Source of the DNA: Zygnema circumcarinatum SAG 698-1b
Lineage: Eukaryota > Plantae > Zygnematophyceae
Direction of reading: 5' to 3'
Assembly (NCBI GenBank): GCA_037447605.1
Contig: CM074814.1
Location: 2,666,001 to 2,730,000 of the forward strand
DNA length: 64,000 nucleotides
The translations under genes and the position numbers were made by a program. The notes beneath the pieces are model-generated. The model was not told the origin of the DNA. It saw only the letters and a program-made list of their open reading frames with translations, and ran no database searches. This document shows positions 16,392 to 28,195 of the stretch, piece by piece (position 1 is the stretch's first letter; every line of letters begins with the position of its first letter).

Positions 16392-19300
16392 ATGGAGCGT
16401 TTTGCCATGGAGCGGCTGCCAGCTGGCGCCCTCAAGCGCTGCCACGTTGCAGAGCACGAGACTATGGCGGCGCACGCCGTGGGCGCAGCCGTGTGGGCGA
16501 AGGTGAGGCTGGAAAAAGGGTTCGGGACCGGGGCAGGGTTTAAGGGCTCAGGGTTTTTTTGGGGCCATGATCTGGGTCTGGGTAATTAGGGTTTCGGGGT
16601 TTCTAGAAGAAGCAAGATTTTAGGGTTAGTTGGGTTTGTAGGGTTTGAAGGTTTGTAGGGTTTGTAGGGTTTTAGGGTGTGTAGGGGGCGTCACGGTGAA
16701 GAAGACCTCTTTCAAGTTACAAACTTAGATGTTAGAAAAACTGGTATCTAAACAAACAGCCAAATAATAGAACAAAAACGAAGAAGAACTGTGAATTCTG
16801 ATGCTTTTTTTTCCCGTTTTCTGTTCCGTTTTCCCGTTCCGTTCAGTGGGGATGCAGGTGGTGGGCCGGCGTCCTTGCTTGCGAAAAAGACGCCAACCTT
16901 AAGGCAGAGTTCCGGAAGCCGTGTCCTAATAACTCGTCCTCCTCCGAACACGCGCTCATATACTTCGTGCGCACGGCGTACCTCGCGTGGATTCCGCTTA
17001 AGAATCTGTTGCCCATAACGGAGGCTCCATGTCCGTTGGCGGAGGAGAGCTGGGAGGTAGGGAGGAGCCTGACTGCAGATCCAAGAAATTCTCCGAAGTG
17101 GGAGATGCTGCACCGATTGGGGGACTGCATGTTGGACATAGCGGACTGCATACATGTGAAGGTACGGTTTCAGTTTCAGTTTCAGTTTCCGTTTTACTTT
17201 TAGTTTCTGTTTTACAAAGTGTGTTAGCTATGCACATCCTCTTTTTCAGCAGAATGTGAGAGAAGTAGAAGTAGAAGTAGGAGTAGGAGTAGAAGTAGAA
17301 GTAGAAGTAGAAGTAGAAGTAGAAGTAGAAGTAGAAGTAGAAGTAGAAGTAGAAGTAGAAGTAGAAGTAGAAGTAGAAGTAGAAGTAGAAGTAGAAGTAG
17401 AAGTAGAAGTAGAAGTAGAAGTAGAAGTAGAAGTAGAAGTAGAAGTAGAAGTAGAAGTAGAAGTAGAAGTAGAAGTAGAAGTAGAAGTAGAAGTAGAAGT
17501 AGAAGTAGAAGTAGAAGTAGAAGTAGAAGTAGAAGTAGAAGTAGAAGTAGAAGTAGAAGTAGAAGTAGAAGTAGAAGTAGAAGTAGAAGTAGAAGTAGAA
17601 GTAGAAGTAGAAGTAGAAGTAGAAGTAGAAGTAGAAGTAGAAGTAGAAGTAGAAGTAGAAGTAGAAGTAGAAGTAGAAGTAGAAGTAGAAGTAGAAGTAG
17701 AAGTAGAAGTAGAAGTAGAAGTAGAAGTAGAAGTAGAAGTAGAAGTAGAAGAAGAAGTAGAAGTGGAAGTAGAAGTGGAAGTGGAAGTGGAAGTGGAAGT
17801 GGAAGTAGAAGTGGAAGTGGAAGTAGAAGTGGAAGTGGAAGTGGAAGTGGAAGTAGAAGTGGAAGTGGAAGTGGAAGTGGAAGTGGAAGTGGAAGTGGGA
17901 GTGGGAGTGGGAGTGGGAGTGGGAGTGGGAGTGGGAGTGGAAGTGGAAGTGGAAGTGGAAGTGGAAGTGGGAGTGGGAGTGGGAGTGGGAGTGGGAGTGG
18001 GAGTGGGAGTGGAAGTGGAAGTGGAAGTGGGAGTGGGAGTGGGAGTGGGAGTGGAAGTGGGAGTGGGAGTGGAAGTGGAAGTGGAAGTGGAAGTAGAAGT
18101 AGAAGTGGAAGTAGAAGTGGAAGTAGAAGTAGAAGTGGAAGTGGAAGTAGAAGTAGAAGTAGAAGTAGAAGTAGAAGTAGAAGTAGAAGTAGAAGTAGAA
18201 GTAGAAGTAGAAGTAGAAGTAGAAGTAGAAGTAGAAGTAGAAGTAGAAGTAGAAGTAGAAGTAGAAGTAGAAGTAGAAGTAGAAGTAGAGGTAGAAGTAG
18301 AAGTAGAAGGATCTAAACATGCTTTTCAAAGACTTGGTTTAATGGATGTGCAATTTTAGGTTTTTCAGTATGCAGCCATATGCATAGACATATGTACATA
18401 ATTATTTGTTTTCTTTGTATCGCGGTGCCATGTGACAGTGTACGGTGCAGAGCATGCAGCAGTTGGCGCCGTGGCACGATCTTGCACTCGAAGTGTGGAA
18501 ATGCAAATCGTACGAGGAACTTGGAAGGCATCTCAAGCGCTTAGAAACTGTACACACCCTTGCTCCCTCTCCCTCCCTCCCTCCCTCCCTCCCTCCCTCC
18601 CTCCCTTCCTTCCTCTCTCCCCCTCTCTCTCGCTACCTCTCGCTCAATGTCTCTGTTTGCTTGTTGTATCTTGAAGATAATCTCTCATATTACAAACTTG
18701 AGCGTTTGGAATTGCAAAGATATTTCAACCTTTGAATGCCAATCTTTCTAACCTAGTCTTAGGTTGCTCTCTCTCAAAACGCGGCAGTTGTTTCTTCGAG
18801 AGTACATGACCCAAAGTTGGAAAAGCGGACTGGAGACGTGGAAGAGGAAATGTGACGAAGCCAATACTGTCGTCGATCTTGAGATCCTCATCAAAGTAAG
18901 CCTCGAATTTAGGGTTTTTGGGGTTTTGGGTTGGAGAGTCTTTACAATTTTCTTGTTGTATGTGTTAAGAAACATTGTATCTAAACTTAGATTTCTAATT
19001 GAACCCTAAATCTATTCTTCAAAGCCTTAAACCTGGAAGTTTAATCCTAAACCTAAAGTTCAAACCATAGACTCTTAATTCTACAAGCTTACCTTATCTC
19101 TAGACCTTTGACTTTCATTCTGAACCTCAAACCAGACTCTCTGAATCCCAAACCCACTCCCTAACTTCTCAAAAGATATAGAAACTAAAAAAATGTTAGG
19201 ATGCACTTTTGGGGTTTCTAGCAACTGAGAAAGGGAGTGGACCTGGATCGAGTGAATGCGGTTTGGAGTTCAAGCAGCGACCAAAGTGAGGAGTGGGACC

Positions 19301-20487
19301 AGTGGAGGGGAGAGGAATGGGAGATGTGGGAGACGTGGAAGGAGGAGAGGGCGGAGGAGAGGAGGAGGGAGGTGAGGGAGAGGAGTTCAAAGATGAAGAA
19401 GAAGAAGAAGACGAAGGGAGTGGCGGGAGGGAAGGGAGGTCAGAAAGAGGGCCACTTGTTGGAAAATGAGACGCATTCCGTTACGGAAAGTACAACGAGT
19501 GTTGTGGTGTTTGGTCGAGGGAAAAGGAGGCGGAGAACAGAAGTAGTCAGTGATGATGATGAGGGGGAGGGGGAAAGGAGGAGAGGGGCGAGAAAGCAGG
19601 TAAAGAGGAGAGATCGGGCAAGGAAGGGAGAGGGCGGCGGCAGTTCTTCGGCGTCATCGGAGAAAGGGAAGAAAAATGAGACGGAAGAAATAAGTGATGC
19701 TCTCGCAGTAGAACAGGGAAAAGTGACGAATGAGATAGAAATTGGTATGTTGGAAGAGGGAGAGGAGAGAGGGAGTGTAAGAGAGGAGAACAACGGAGGT
19801 GGGATGACAAGTAACATAATCATAGTGAAGGAGATTGGAGAAAAGGGAGAAATTATAGAAGAGAGAGATGAAGAGAGAGCGGAAGGGGACGACAAAGAGA
19901 GAGAGGGAGGGGAAGTGGGAGAGGGAGATAGAGCGAGGTGGGGAGGGGAAGGGGGAGGGAGAGAGGGAGAGGAAGTTGGAGAGGGAGGGGGAGATAGTGG
20001 AAGTGGGGGAGGGGAAAGGGGAGCGGGAGCGAGAGAGGGAGAGAGAAATGGATTTGTGGTCCAAGTCGTTGATAAAGACCCTTTCTTCAACGATGGCGAT
20101 AGGAATGGCGGGAGGGATCGTTTGGCAGAGAGAAAACACGAGTCAAGGGGATTATTGTTAAGGCTGAGTCCCACGGCTTTTGTAGACTCGGTTCTTAGGT
20201 TTGCGGGTATTGGGGATGTGAAAGTTTATGATGGTTTGGATGTCAATATGGATGTTGGGGTTGTCAAGGAGGATGTTAGGGCGGATGACATTGTCTGGGA
20301 TGTCGAAGGTGATGTTGGGGACATGAAAGACGAGGGGGGTAGCGATGTGAGTGAGGTTGAGAGGGCGGTTGGGAGCGTCTCTCCCTCTCGCGGAGAGGTC
20401 GCGGACTCGACCTCGGAGACAATCGAGACCTCGTACAGTCTGGGAGGCAGTCAGGACGACTCCCTGAGCCCGCCCGAGGGCGAGTAA
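16392..20487 (+). CDS. Tandem truncated SUVR5 paralogue: PWWP-like N-terminal domain plus acidic/basic low-complexity tail, no zinc fingers or SET domain; 5 exons
   Basis: Exons: 16392-16502, 16847-17161, 18439-18549, 18788-18895, 19222-20487, all phase 0 at the same positions as SUVR5 introns 1-4. Junctions AVWAK|WGCRWWAG, DIADCIHVK|, KSYEELGRHLKRLET| and |QLRKGVDLDRVNAVW align with PVWVK|[17 protein letters not shown]|, [15 protein letters not shown]| and |[15 protein letters not shown]. The frame is open throughout. Confidence 0.85.
17262..18308. repeat. Hexamer satellite (GAAGTA)n with internal GAAGTG/GGAGTG blocks, about 174 units, intronic
   Basis: Directly visible. It lies within intron 2 (17162-18438) of the SUVR5 paralogue. 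Confidence 0.97.
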
Positions 20488-21611
20488 CAGCCCTGCGTGG
20501 GGCGGGCGGAAGCGGGAGGGGGAGGGAGGGNNNNNNNNNNAGGGAGGGTGAGGGAGGGAGGGGAGGGAGTGGGGTTGAGATGCTTGAAACTTACTTACCC
20601 TTGTCAATCCTTGTACATAAAACTGTAAATAAAGCTGTAAATAAAGCCGTAAATAAAGCTGTGAATTCTCAGGCTCTGAACCCTTGAGAATGATGGGGTG
20701 TACTTGTGAGTGAAGAATTTGTGGGTTTTGTTTTTGGTGGCTGTAATATGTGGGTGTGTGTGGGGCTTTTGGTTTTCAAATTTTATATGAGAGACTTGAA
20801 AGCAATGTTGGGGGTTGGCAGAGTTGGTTTGTGGGTTCCTGAGCCCATAGTCTAGAGAGTGTGGTAAGTATGAATTCATGTTCAACAGCTTTGAACGTGG
20901 CCATCAGCTGAAGTCGATTCACCACTAGCGCTTTGCCACGTGTACAAATGTGTTACGTGGCGAGCCGAAGATCAGTTCGAAATGTCGCCATGTTGCGAAC
21001 ATGCCAACACGGCCATGTTCGAAAGTTCAAAAGTTGAACTCGTCAAATTCCGAAGATCAACAAGCCCGATGAAAAGTCCACAAGTCGGTCCTTAAAATAC
21101 TTGATGATCTAGATCAACCATGCATGCTGAAAGTCAAACAAAGCATCTTTGCCGTCGATATTTCAATCCGGAAATCGTGGACCGTCGATCGTTTTTTGAG
21201 AATTTCGATTCTTAAGTTTAAGTTCAACATGATTTATGGAGGCGTTTTTTATCAATGTTGATCTGATAAATCGTTGAGAGTGGACCCCAGATCCATCTTG
21301 CCGGCTAGCCGGAGCTGCCGTCAGCAAAGGGCCGCCGGCCGTTCGTTGCCAGCAAGCGGAGAGGTGCGCTGAGGGGGCGGTTGAGATTAGGGTTCGCAGA
21401 AATTAGGGTTTTGGGGAGAGGGATGGGAGGGGGAAGAGAGTGAAGAGGGAGAGTTGAGAAAGGGGAGGTGGGGGGACGAGGGAGAGGGAAGAGAGTGAAG
21501 AGGGAGAGTTGAGAAAGGGGAGGTGGGGGGACGAGGGAAGGAAGTGGGGGAGGGAGGGAGGGAGAGAGAGATAGAGAGAGAGAGAGAGAGTTAGAGAGAG
21601 AGAGAAAGAGA

Positions 21612-21644
<33 letters not shown>

Positions 21645-22446
21645 TGAGAAAGAGGGGGGGTAATTTTTAGGGTTGAAAGTTCTCCTCTCCCATTTTCCCC
21701 CCTAATTTTGGTCCGAACTGTAGCGCTGCTCTCAGCCTAAATTTAGAAAGGGCACAAAGTTGCGGTTCCTTTCCAAAGTATTTCCTTTTTTGGGCCCTCT
21801 TCTTTTGATTTTTGACAGGCTCTGGAAGGGGGAGAGCGCCTCCGAAGGCGAGGCAGGTCGGGCCCAGCACTGCGCAAAGTTTCTGTTTTTTTTCCGAATG
21901 TTTCTGATGCTTTCCCGAATTTGCGGGTGTTCCTATTCGGAAAATTTCAGTAAAAGGATTTGGAACATTTTGATTCAATTTTTTTTGAACCATTTGCTTC
22001 AAGAATCTCCCTCGCACTCCCTCCTCTCTCTCTGTTCTCCCCACACTCCCCTCCTCCCCCGTTCTCCCTCTCTTTCCTCCCCCTCCCTCCTCCCTCCTTC
22101 CCGCCTCTCCCCTACCCCTACTTCTTCCACCCCTTCGTTCCCTCTCTCCTCCCTCCCCCACCCTCTCCCTCTCCTCTCTCTCTCTTTCCCCCTGTATATC
22201 TCTCCCCCTCACTTCCTCCTTCACCCTGCCCGATCGTCTCTCGCTTTCGCTCACTTCCCCTTCCTTACCTCTTTCTTTTTCTTCCTCCCTCACCCTCCCC
22301 TCTCTCTCGCACTCTCTCTCTCACTTTCTGCCTCCTTGCCTCCCTCCCTCCCTCCTCACCCTTTCCCTCCCTTCTCTCGCGCTCTCTCTCTCACTCGCTC
22401 TCTCTCTCTCTCTCTCTCTCTCGTCATCTCTCCCTCCCTGCAGTAC

Positions 22447-25400
22447 ATGGCAGTTCTGGAAGCAGAACCAAGTTCATCATTCAACAAAGTTAACGTTGCC
22501 GATGGTCTCTCTCAAAAGTTATCGCTAATTCCCGGAGATACTCCCACCATGGAACCGAACCAAAACGAAACTGATTGGAACGGTAACAAAGAGACTTTTG
22601 TTGAGGATGCGCCGCCAGAAGAGAGAGAGAGAGAGGCGCGTGTGAGTGAGAGAGAGAGGATCGAGCTGATGGCTCTCTACCCTGCTGCCTTAGAGAACGG
22701 AGGGGGCGCTCCGCCTCCTGATTATGTTGACGATGGAGAGCCACGATTCTTTCTACATGTGAAGAGAGATAGGGTTTGTTTTTCCCTCTCTCTTCTCCCT
22801 GTCCTACACTCCTTCCTCCCTTCACTTTTCTGCCTCTCCCCCGCTCTCCAATTCTCCCTCTCTCCCTCCCTCTCTCTCTCTCGTCCACTCTCCCGCCTCG
22901 TTCTCTCTCTGCTCTTTTCCTCACCCTCTCTCACTATCCTCTCCTTCACCTCTCTATCTCTTTCTTTATGTGCAGGTGGAAGGGTTCCTCTCTCCCTTCA
23001 GCGATACTATTGATTTCAGTTTACCAAACACACGCATTTCATCAGCTGAGTTTGTCGGATTGAGAAAAATTCCGCAACGGAGATCGAGTGTGAGAGAGAG
23101 AGGGAGTAATACTCTCTCTCCCCCTCCAAGGTCTGTACGGAATTTGTTTTTAGGGTTACTCCGAAAAGGTCAAACTGCGTCGTCCATTACCTTTGGAGGA
23201 AACAAGGAGAGCAGAACCGTGCAGCATGGAACGGTGAAAACGGCAAAAAATGAAGAAATTCAACAAACTACGGAACGGTCTTACAGAGACCGAGATTTTA
23301 GACAGCAACTGGAAGATATTCCAATTATGGGCCTGGAAAGGCCTCCCCCCCCTCCCATGCAAGACACGTTCTATGCACGGAATCCGTTACCTTCGCCGGA
23401 ACGGCTAACGGAACGGAGAAGAAGAGAAACGTGGCCCGGCAGTTGGGTAACGGAGGAGGGACAAAGTCTGCAAATGTTTGAACTCCTTTGGAAGGAGGGC
23501 AGATCTGAGGGGATCCAACGGCTGAAATTCGAGACGAACGAAGAAGGGTATAACCCTGAATATCACAAAAATAGCCCTGAAAATTCTGAAAAAACCCATA
23601 ATTTCTAACGTCTATCTGAACGCTGAACCACTCACATTAGGCTTTTCATGGATGATACCTCCTCCTCTGCCTCCTCTTCTTCTCGCCCTCCTCTCTCGCA
23701 TCTCTCTCCTTTCCCTCCTCCCTCTCTCCTTCTCGCTCTCCCCCTCATCTCTCCCTCCGTTCTCCTCTCCCTCCACTTTCTGGTCCCTTATCCTTTGTTT
23801 ACTCTCTCACCTTCCTCCTCTTCCCGCCCTCTTTTCTTTTACGTTTCGACTGCTGCGCAATCCCTCCCTCACTCTCTCTCCCGCCAATGGTCTCTCACTC
23901 GTAGCTCTCTTCCTGGGCTTTCTTCCCACCTGCACTTTTTTCTTCCGCTATCGTTTCCATCTCACCCCTGCATTTTTCTGCCTCTTCACCTCCTCCTTTT
24001 CCCCCTTTTCACCCCTCCCTCCCTCCCTCCCTCCCTCCCTCCCTCCCGCAGGTACAGCCTCCTGAGCTCCAAGATCAACTGCTGGGCCGCTGCCGCCCAG
24101 GGCAACAGCATCTGCACCGACGCCGCCCAAGCCGCCCTGCAGGCCTGCGGAGGGCACATAAGGGAAAACCCTAAATCCCCAAACCCTAATTTTCAGCCCA
24201 CTTCCGACGAACCCTCCGACGCGAAATTTGCTTTCGGATTCGCAGCTAAATTGAAATCTCGATTTTCTGAACTTGGAGGAGGAGGAGGAGGAGGAGGAGG
24301 AGGAGATTTTTCCTTCGAAAAGCAGAGAGGCGGAGAGGAGGAGGAGGGAGCTAAAACCCTGAAAACCCTGAATCCCTTAAAGGCTCTAAATTTGGTGGGA
24401 GAGCCGGGCGGAAGTAAGGAGCCAATGGGGACTTTGGCGGAGGGGAGGGCGCGGCTCCATGCAGTTAAACAGGCCGTAGAAATTGCGGGAGCCAATGGAA
24501 TGCAAGGAAACGGAGCAAAAATTTCGCTGCCCGAAAATGTTATATCCTGGGGATCTGTGATGGTGGAGGGAAAAGTTTTGCCAAAGAGAGAAGGACGATC
24601 TCTCATGTTAAACGATCACCATTTTAAGGCGGTAAAGTTTTTGGAGCCATTGAAACCCTAAAATTCCGAAAGATTGCAATTTGTGAAAATTTCTGTAAGA
24701 AGAAAAAAAGGAGACAAAGTAGTTGAAGATGAGAACCTCTCCTTCTCCCTCTCCCTCTTCCTCTCCCTCTCCCTCTCCCTCTCCCTCTTCCACTCCCTCT
24801 CCCTCTCCCTCTCCCNNNNNNNNNNCTTCTCCCTCTCCCTCTCCCTCTCCCTCTCCCTCTCTCTCCCTCTTGAATATAACTCATGGAAGTCATGAAAACC
24901 CTAATTACTTTAAAGACTTCAGAAGTGAAAATATGCTTTTTTTTTTTCGTTTATTTGGCAGCTAGCGGCTGCATTACCTGCCAGGCTTCGGACTTCACAG
25001 TGGAATCTTCTGTACAGCACGTCACGTGACGGAATCAGGTGATTTTTTTACGCTGATTTCTCACATAGAAATGGGGCATTTTGTGACCCAAAAAAAATAT
25101 TCAGTAGCGAATTAGTGGGCGTAGAATGACTGGGACTTCAACATTGAGGGTGTGAGAATGCTTCTGCCTGCTTAGATTTCTTCAAGTTTGAGTATTGGTC
25201 CTTTGAAGGCTTAAGTTTAGATCTCTTGGGGTTACAGTTTAGGGTTCAGAAGCAGTTCGACGATTTAAGAGTTTGCAGTGGTGGTGAGGTCTAATTTGTA
25301 ATTTTTTTGTTTTTTTTTTTTGAGGCAGTTTGAACACTTTGTATAGGAAAGTTATGAAAAGGGGACCCTCCGTCCTTGTGGCGAGAGATACAAAGCAGCA

Positions 25401-26961
25401 CGTGAGCTCTCATCCTCTGAACATGGAAGATATGGTTATGAAGAATTGAAGGATTGAGGAAAGGGGGGAGGGGGGAGGGAGGAGGGAGGGANNNNNNNNN
25501 NGGGGGAGGAAGGAGGGAGGGGAGAGGGGAGAGGGGAGAGGGAGAGGGGGGAGGGAGGGGGGGGAAGGGGGGGAGGGAGTAGGAGGGAGGGGAGAGGAGG
25601 GAAGGGAGCGGGGAGGGGAGGGGGGAAAGAGAAGAGGGGTTGAGGTGGGGAGGGGGTGAGGGGGCGCGGCGGCGATGGGAAAGAGGGTAGGGGAAAGGAG
25701 GGAGGAGGAAGAAAGGTCAGGATGAAAGGAGGTTGAGAGGAGAGAGAGCCAAGAAGGAGAGGGAGGTGGGAGAGACAAGTGAGCCAATGCTGGTGGGTCA
25801 GTCCCTGCGTGAGAGAAAAAGGGTGTGAAGAGAAGTAGTGGAAGGAGAGGGAGGATAATCTTTCCAGCTTGCTATCTATATAGCAGTATCAGATGTAGCA
25901 GATGTTTTGTAAGTTTATTTATTTCTTTCCTTATTGCTGTCTATATTTGCTTTTATTGTTCGTTTTATTTAGCTTTATTTATTTATTTCCTCCTTTTTTG
26001 CTTCATTCGGCCTCAGGTATTCGGCTGCTACAGTTCCGAAGAGTGGCGCGTGGCGACAAGATATTACGGAAACGGCGAGTGCTTTGTGTTCCAGGTTTGT
26101 TGCCGCAAACTGACCAAGTAAGTAAGCAAGTAGGTTGTTCGCACGTGCTGGTAGAGCTTAGGGAGCTTCCAGGGTTCAGAGGACTTCAGAAACTTTATGG
26201 TCGTTAGGGTTTTTGCGAGTGCAGGTGCAGCCGGAGCTGAAGGCCTTCCGGTGGACTCGGGCCAATAGCTACTTCATGTACTCCACCACCTCCGTGCTGG
26301 CGATGGGAGGAGGGTGCGCTCTCACTCCCCCCTTCCCCCTTCCCCCCTCCCCTCCTCCCCCTCCCCTCCCCTCCCCCTCCCCTCCCCCCTCCCCTCCCCT
26401 CCCCCTCCCCTCCCCTCCCCCTCCCCTCCCCCCTCCCCCTCCCCTCCCCCCTCCCCCTCCCCTCCCCCTCCCCCCTCCCCCCTCCCCTCCCCTCCCCCTC
26501 CCCTCCCCTCCCCTCCCCCCTCCCCCCTCCCCCCTCCCCTCCCCTCCCCCCTCCCCTCCCCCCTCCCCCTTCCCCTTCCCCTCTCCTTCCCTCTCCCATC
26601 CCCGCCTTCCCCCTCCCCTCTCCCGCTCCCTCTTTCCCCCCCTCTTCCTGACCCCGTTCTCTTCCCGTGTTTTCCGCAGGGCTCATTACAGCATTCTCGT
26701 GAACTCCGATTTGCTTTCGGGATACAGTGGAGAGTGCGAGACCTTTGGAAGCAAATCATTGTCAGGGTGAGTGTTATGCCCCATTTGTACCCCAATTGTC
26801 TTTTTCAAAGGTAGGGTTGAAAAGGTTCGGTTCTGGGTTATGTCTGGGCTGATGAAACTTGTTGATTTTTTTTATGTGTTTTTCAATTCTTTTTCGTTTT
26901 GTTTTTTGACAGATCCGAAGAGTTTGAGCTGCTTCAAGTGGAAGTCTGGGGCTTTAAGTGA
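22447..26961 (+). CDS. TLDc-domain protein (OXR1/NCOA7-like)
   Basis: Exons: ~22447-22773, 22976-23547, 24052-24631, 24962-25038, 25329-25401, 26017-26094, 26225-26313, 26680-26766, 26913-26961. C-terminal TLDc: LPARLRTSQWNLLYSTSRDGIS|LNTLYRK, VFGCYSSEEW..YYGNGECFVFQ, NSYFMY..LAMGGG|AHY, GECETFGSKSL, FELLQVEVWGF. The 5' end may include an upstream exon near 21800. Confidence 0.88.
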
Positions 26962-28195
26962 AGCCAAATAGTTTCGCCATTGGTTTTTAATAAATAGCGG
27001 TTGTGCCGGAAAATCCAGGTTTAATTTTTTCTCCGCTTTGTTTTTTTGTTCCCTTTTATTTCCTTTTCCCATTTTGGAAGGGTGGTGAGAGCGAAAAAAA
27101 GAATTTGGTCAATCTTCATATTTTTTTTTTCTCTATTTTTTTTCTTTTCTTTATAGTGTCTTCGTCGAAAGTGGAGAATGTGGAGAAACTTACGAGGGGT
27201 TGAGTTTCAAATAAGATCATTGCCCCGACTACTTACCAGTGTTTTGGGAGGGTTTTCTTCGTGTGTGTGTGAGAGGGAGAGAGAGAAAGAAGGGGAGAGA
27301 GGGAGAAAGTGAGAGAGAGTAAGAGGGATACCAAGCTATGGAGTGGAAAGGGGGCTGTATAGAGAGGATGATGATTTCTTTTCTTTTCCTTTTTATGATG
27401 ACGTGTCATGGAAGATGTTAGGGAGGATGGGAATATGTTAAGCATGTTAAAGATGATGTTAGGGATGCCAATGTGATGGTGGGGCTGTTACACAAGTGTG
27501 AACTTTTCTTTCTGAAAGCTTTACTGATTGGGGAACACACTAGAGCAGAGAAAAAGGCGTAAAGAATTTCAACATTTTGGTTCAGATGCAATTTCTAAGC
27601 CAGGAAAAACCACCCTAAATAACCCAAAACCAGAAACCCAAAACCTCAGAAGCAGTTACATACCACTCTTCTTCTTAAACTCAAAAAAATAAAGGAAATG
27701 GAAAAAAAAAAGTTATTAGGGCGGAGGAAAAACAATCTTCTTACACTCCTCTCCTTGGTCTATATGTTCGGCTGCTCGGTTCCAAAGAAAAAGGGAAAAA
27801 ATGAGGCGAAAAAATGGGGAAAAGGGGAAGAAAAAAAAAAATAGGAACAATCTCGAGACTTGAGAGGCCAGCCGAACACCTCTCCAAGAAAAAAACAATA
27901 AAGAGGGAGAGCTTTAGGGTTCTTCAGAAAAGAAAGGCCGTCTCTCTCTCCCTCTCTTTCTTTCGCTCTTTCTGTTTACACTCTCATACATTTCCCTCAG
28001 TGCTGAACCCTATTCCTCGAAATTCCTCACTTCTGCTTCTCTTTTCTTCCCTCGTGAAGATAGTCGACAGATCATCCGGAAAAGGAAAAAGAACAAAGAA
28101 AAGAAATAAAAAAAGGAACTAACAAAAGAATGGGTCCTTTTCCTCACCTCCCCTTGTCCGAATCACCATCTTGAAAGACCCCAACCCTCTGTAAC

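Noticed and set aside
16998-18359. Long ORFs of (FY)n and (VE)n, 443 aa and 367 aa
   Set aside because: Translations of the stop-free GAAGTA hexamer satellite, which lies inside a GT-AG intron whose flanking exons are in phase.
20880-21400. Intergenic block with weak similarity to 30500-30790 and 42240-42460 (TGGACCGTC/GGATCC motifs, G-boxes)
   Set aside because: Similarity too short and degenerate to define a repeat family or RNA by eye.
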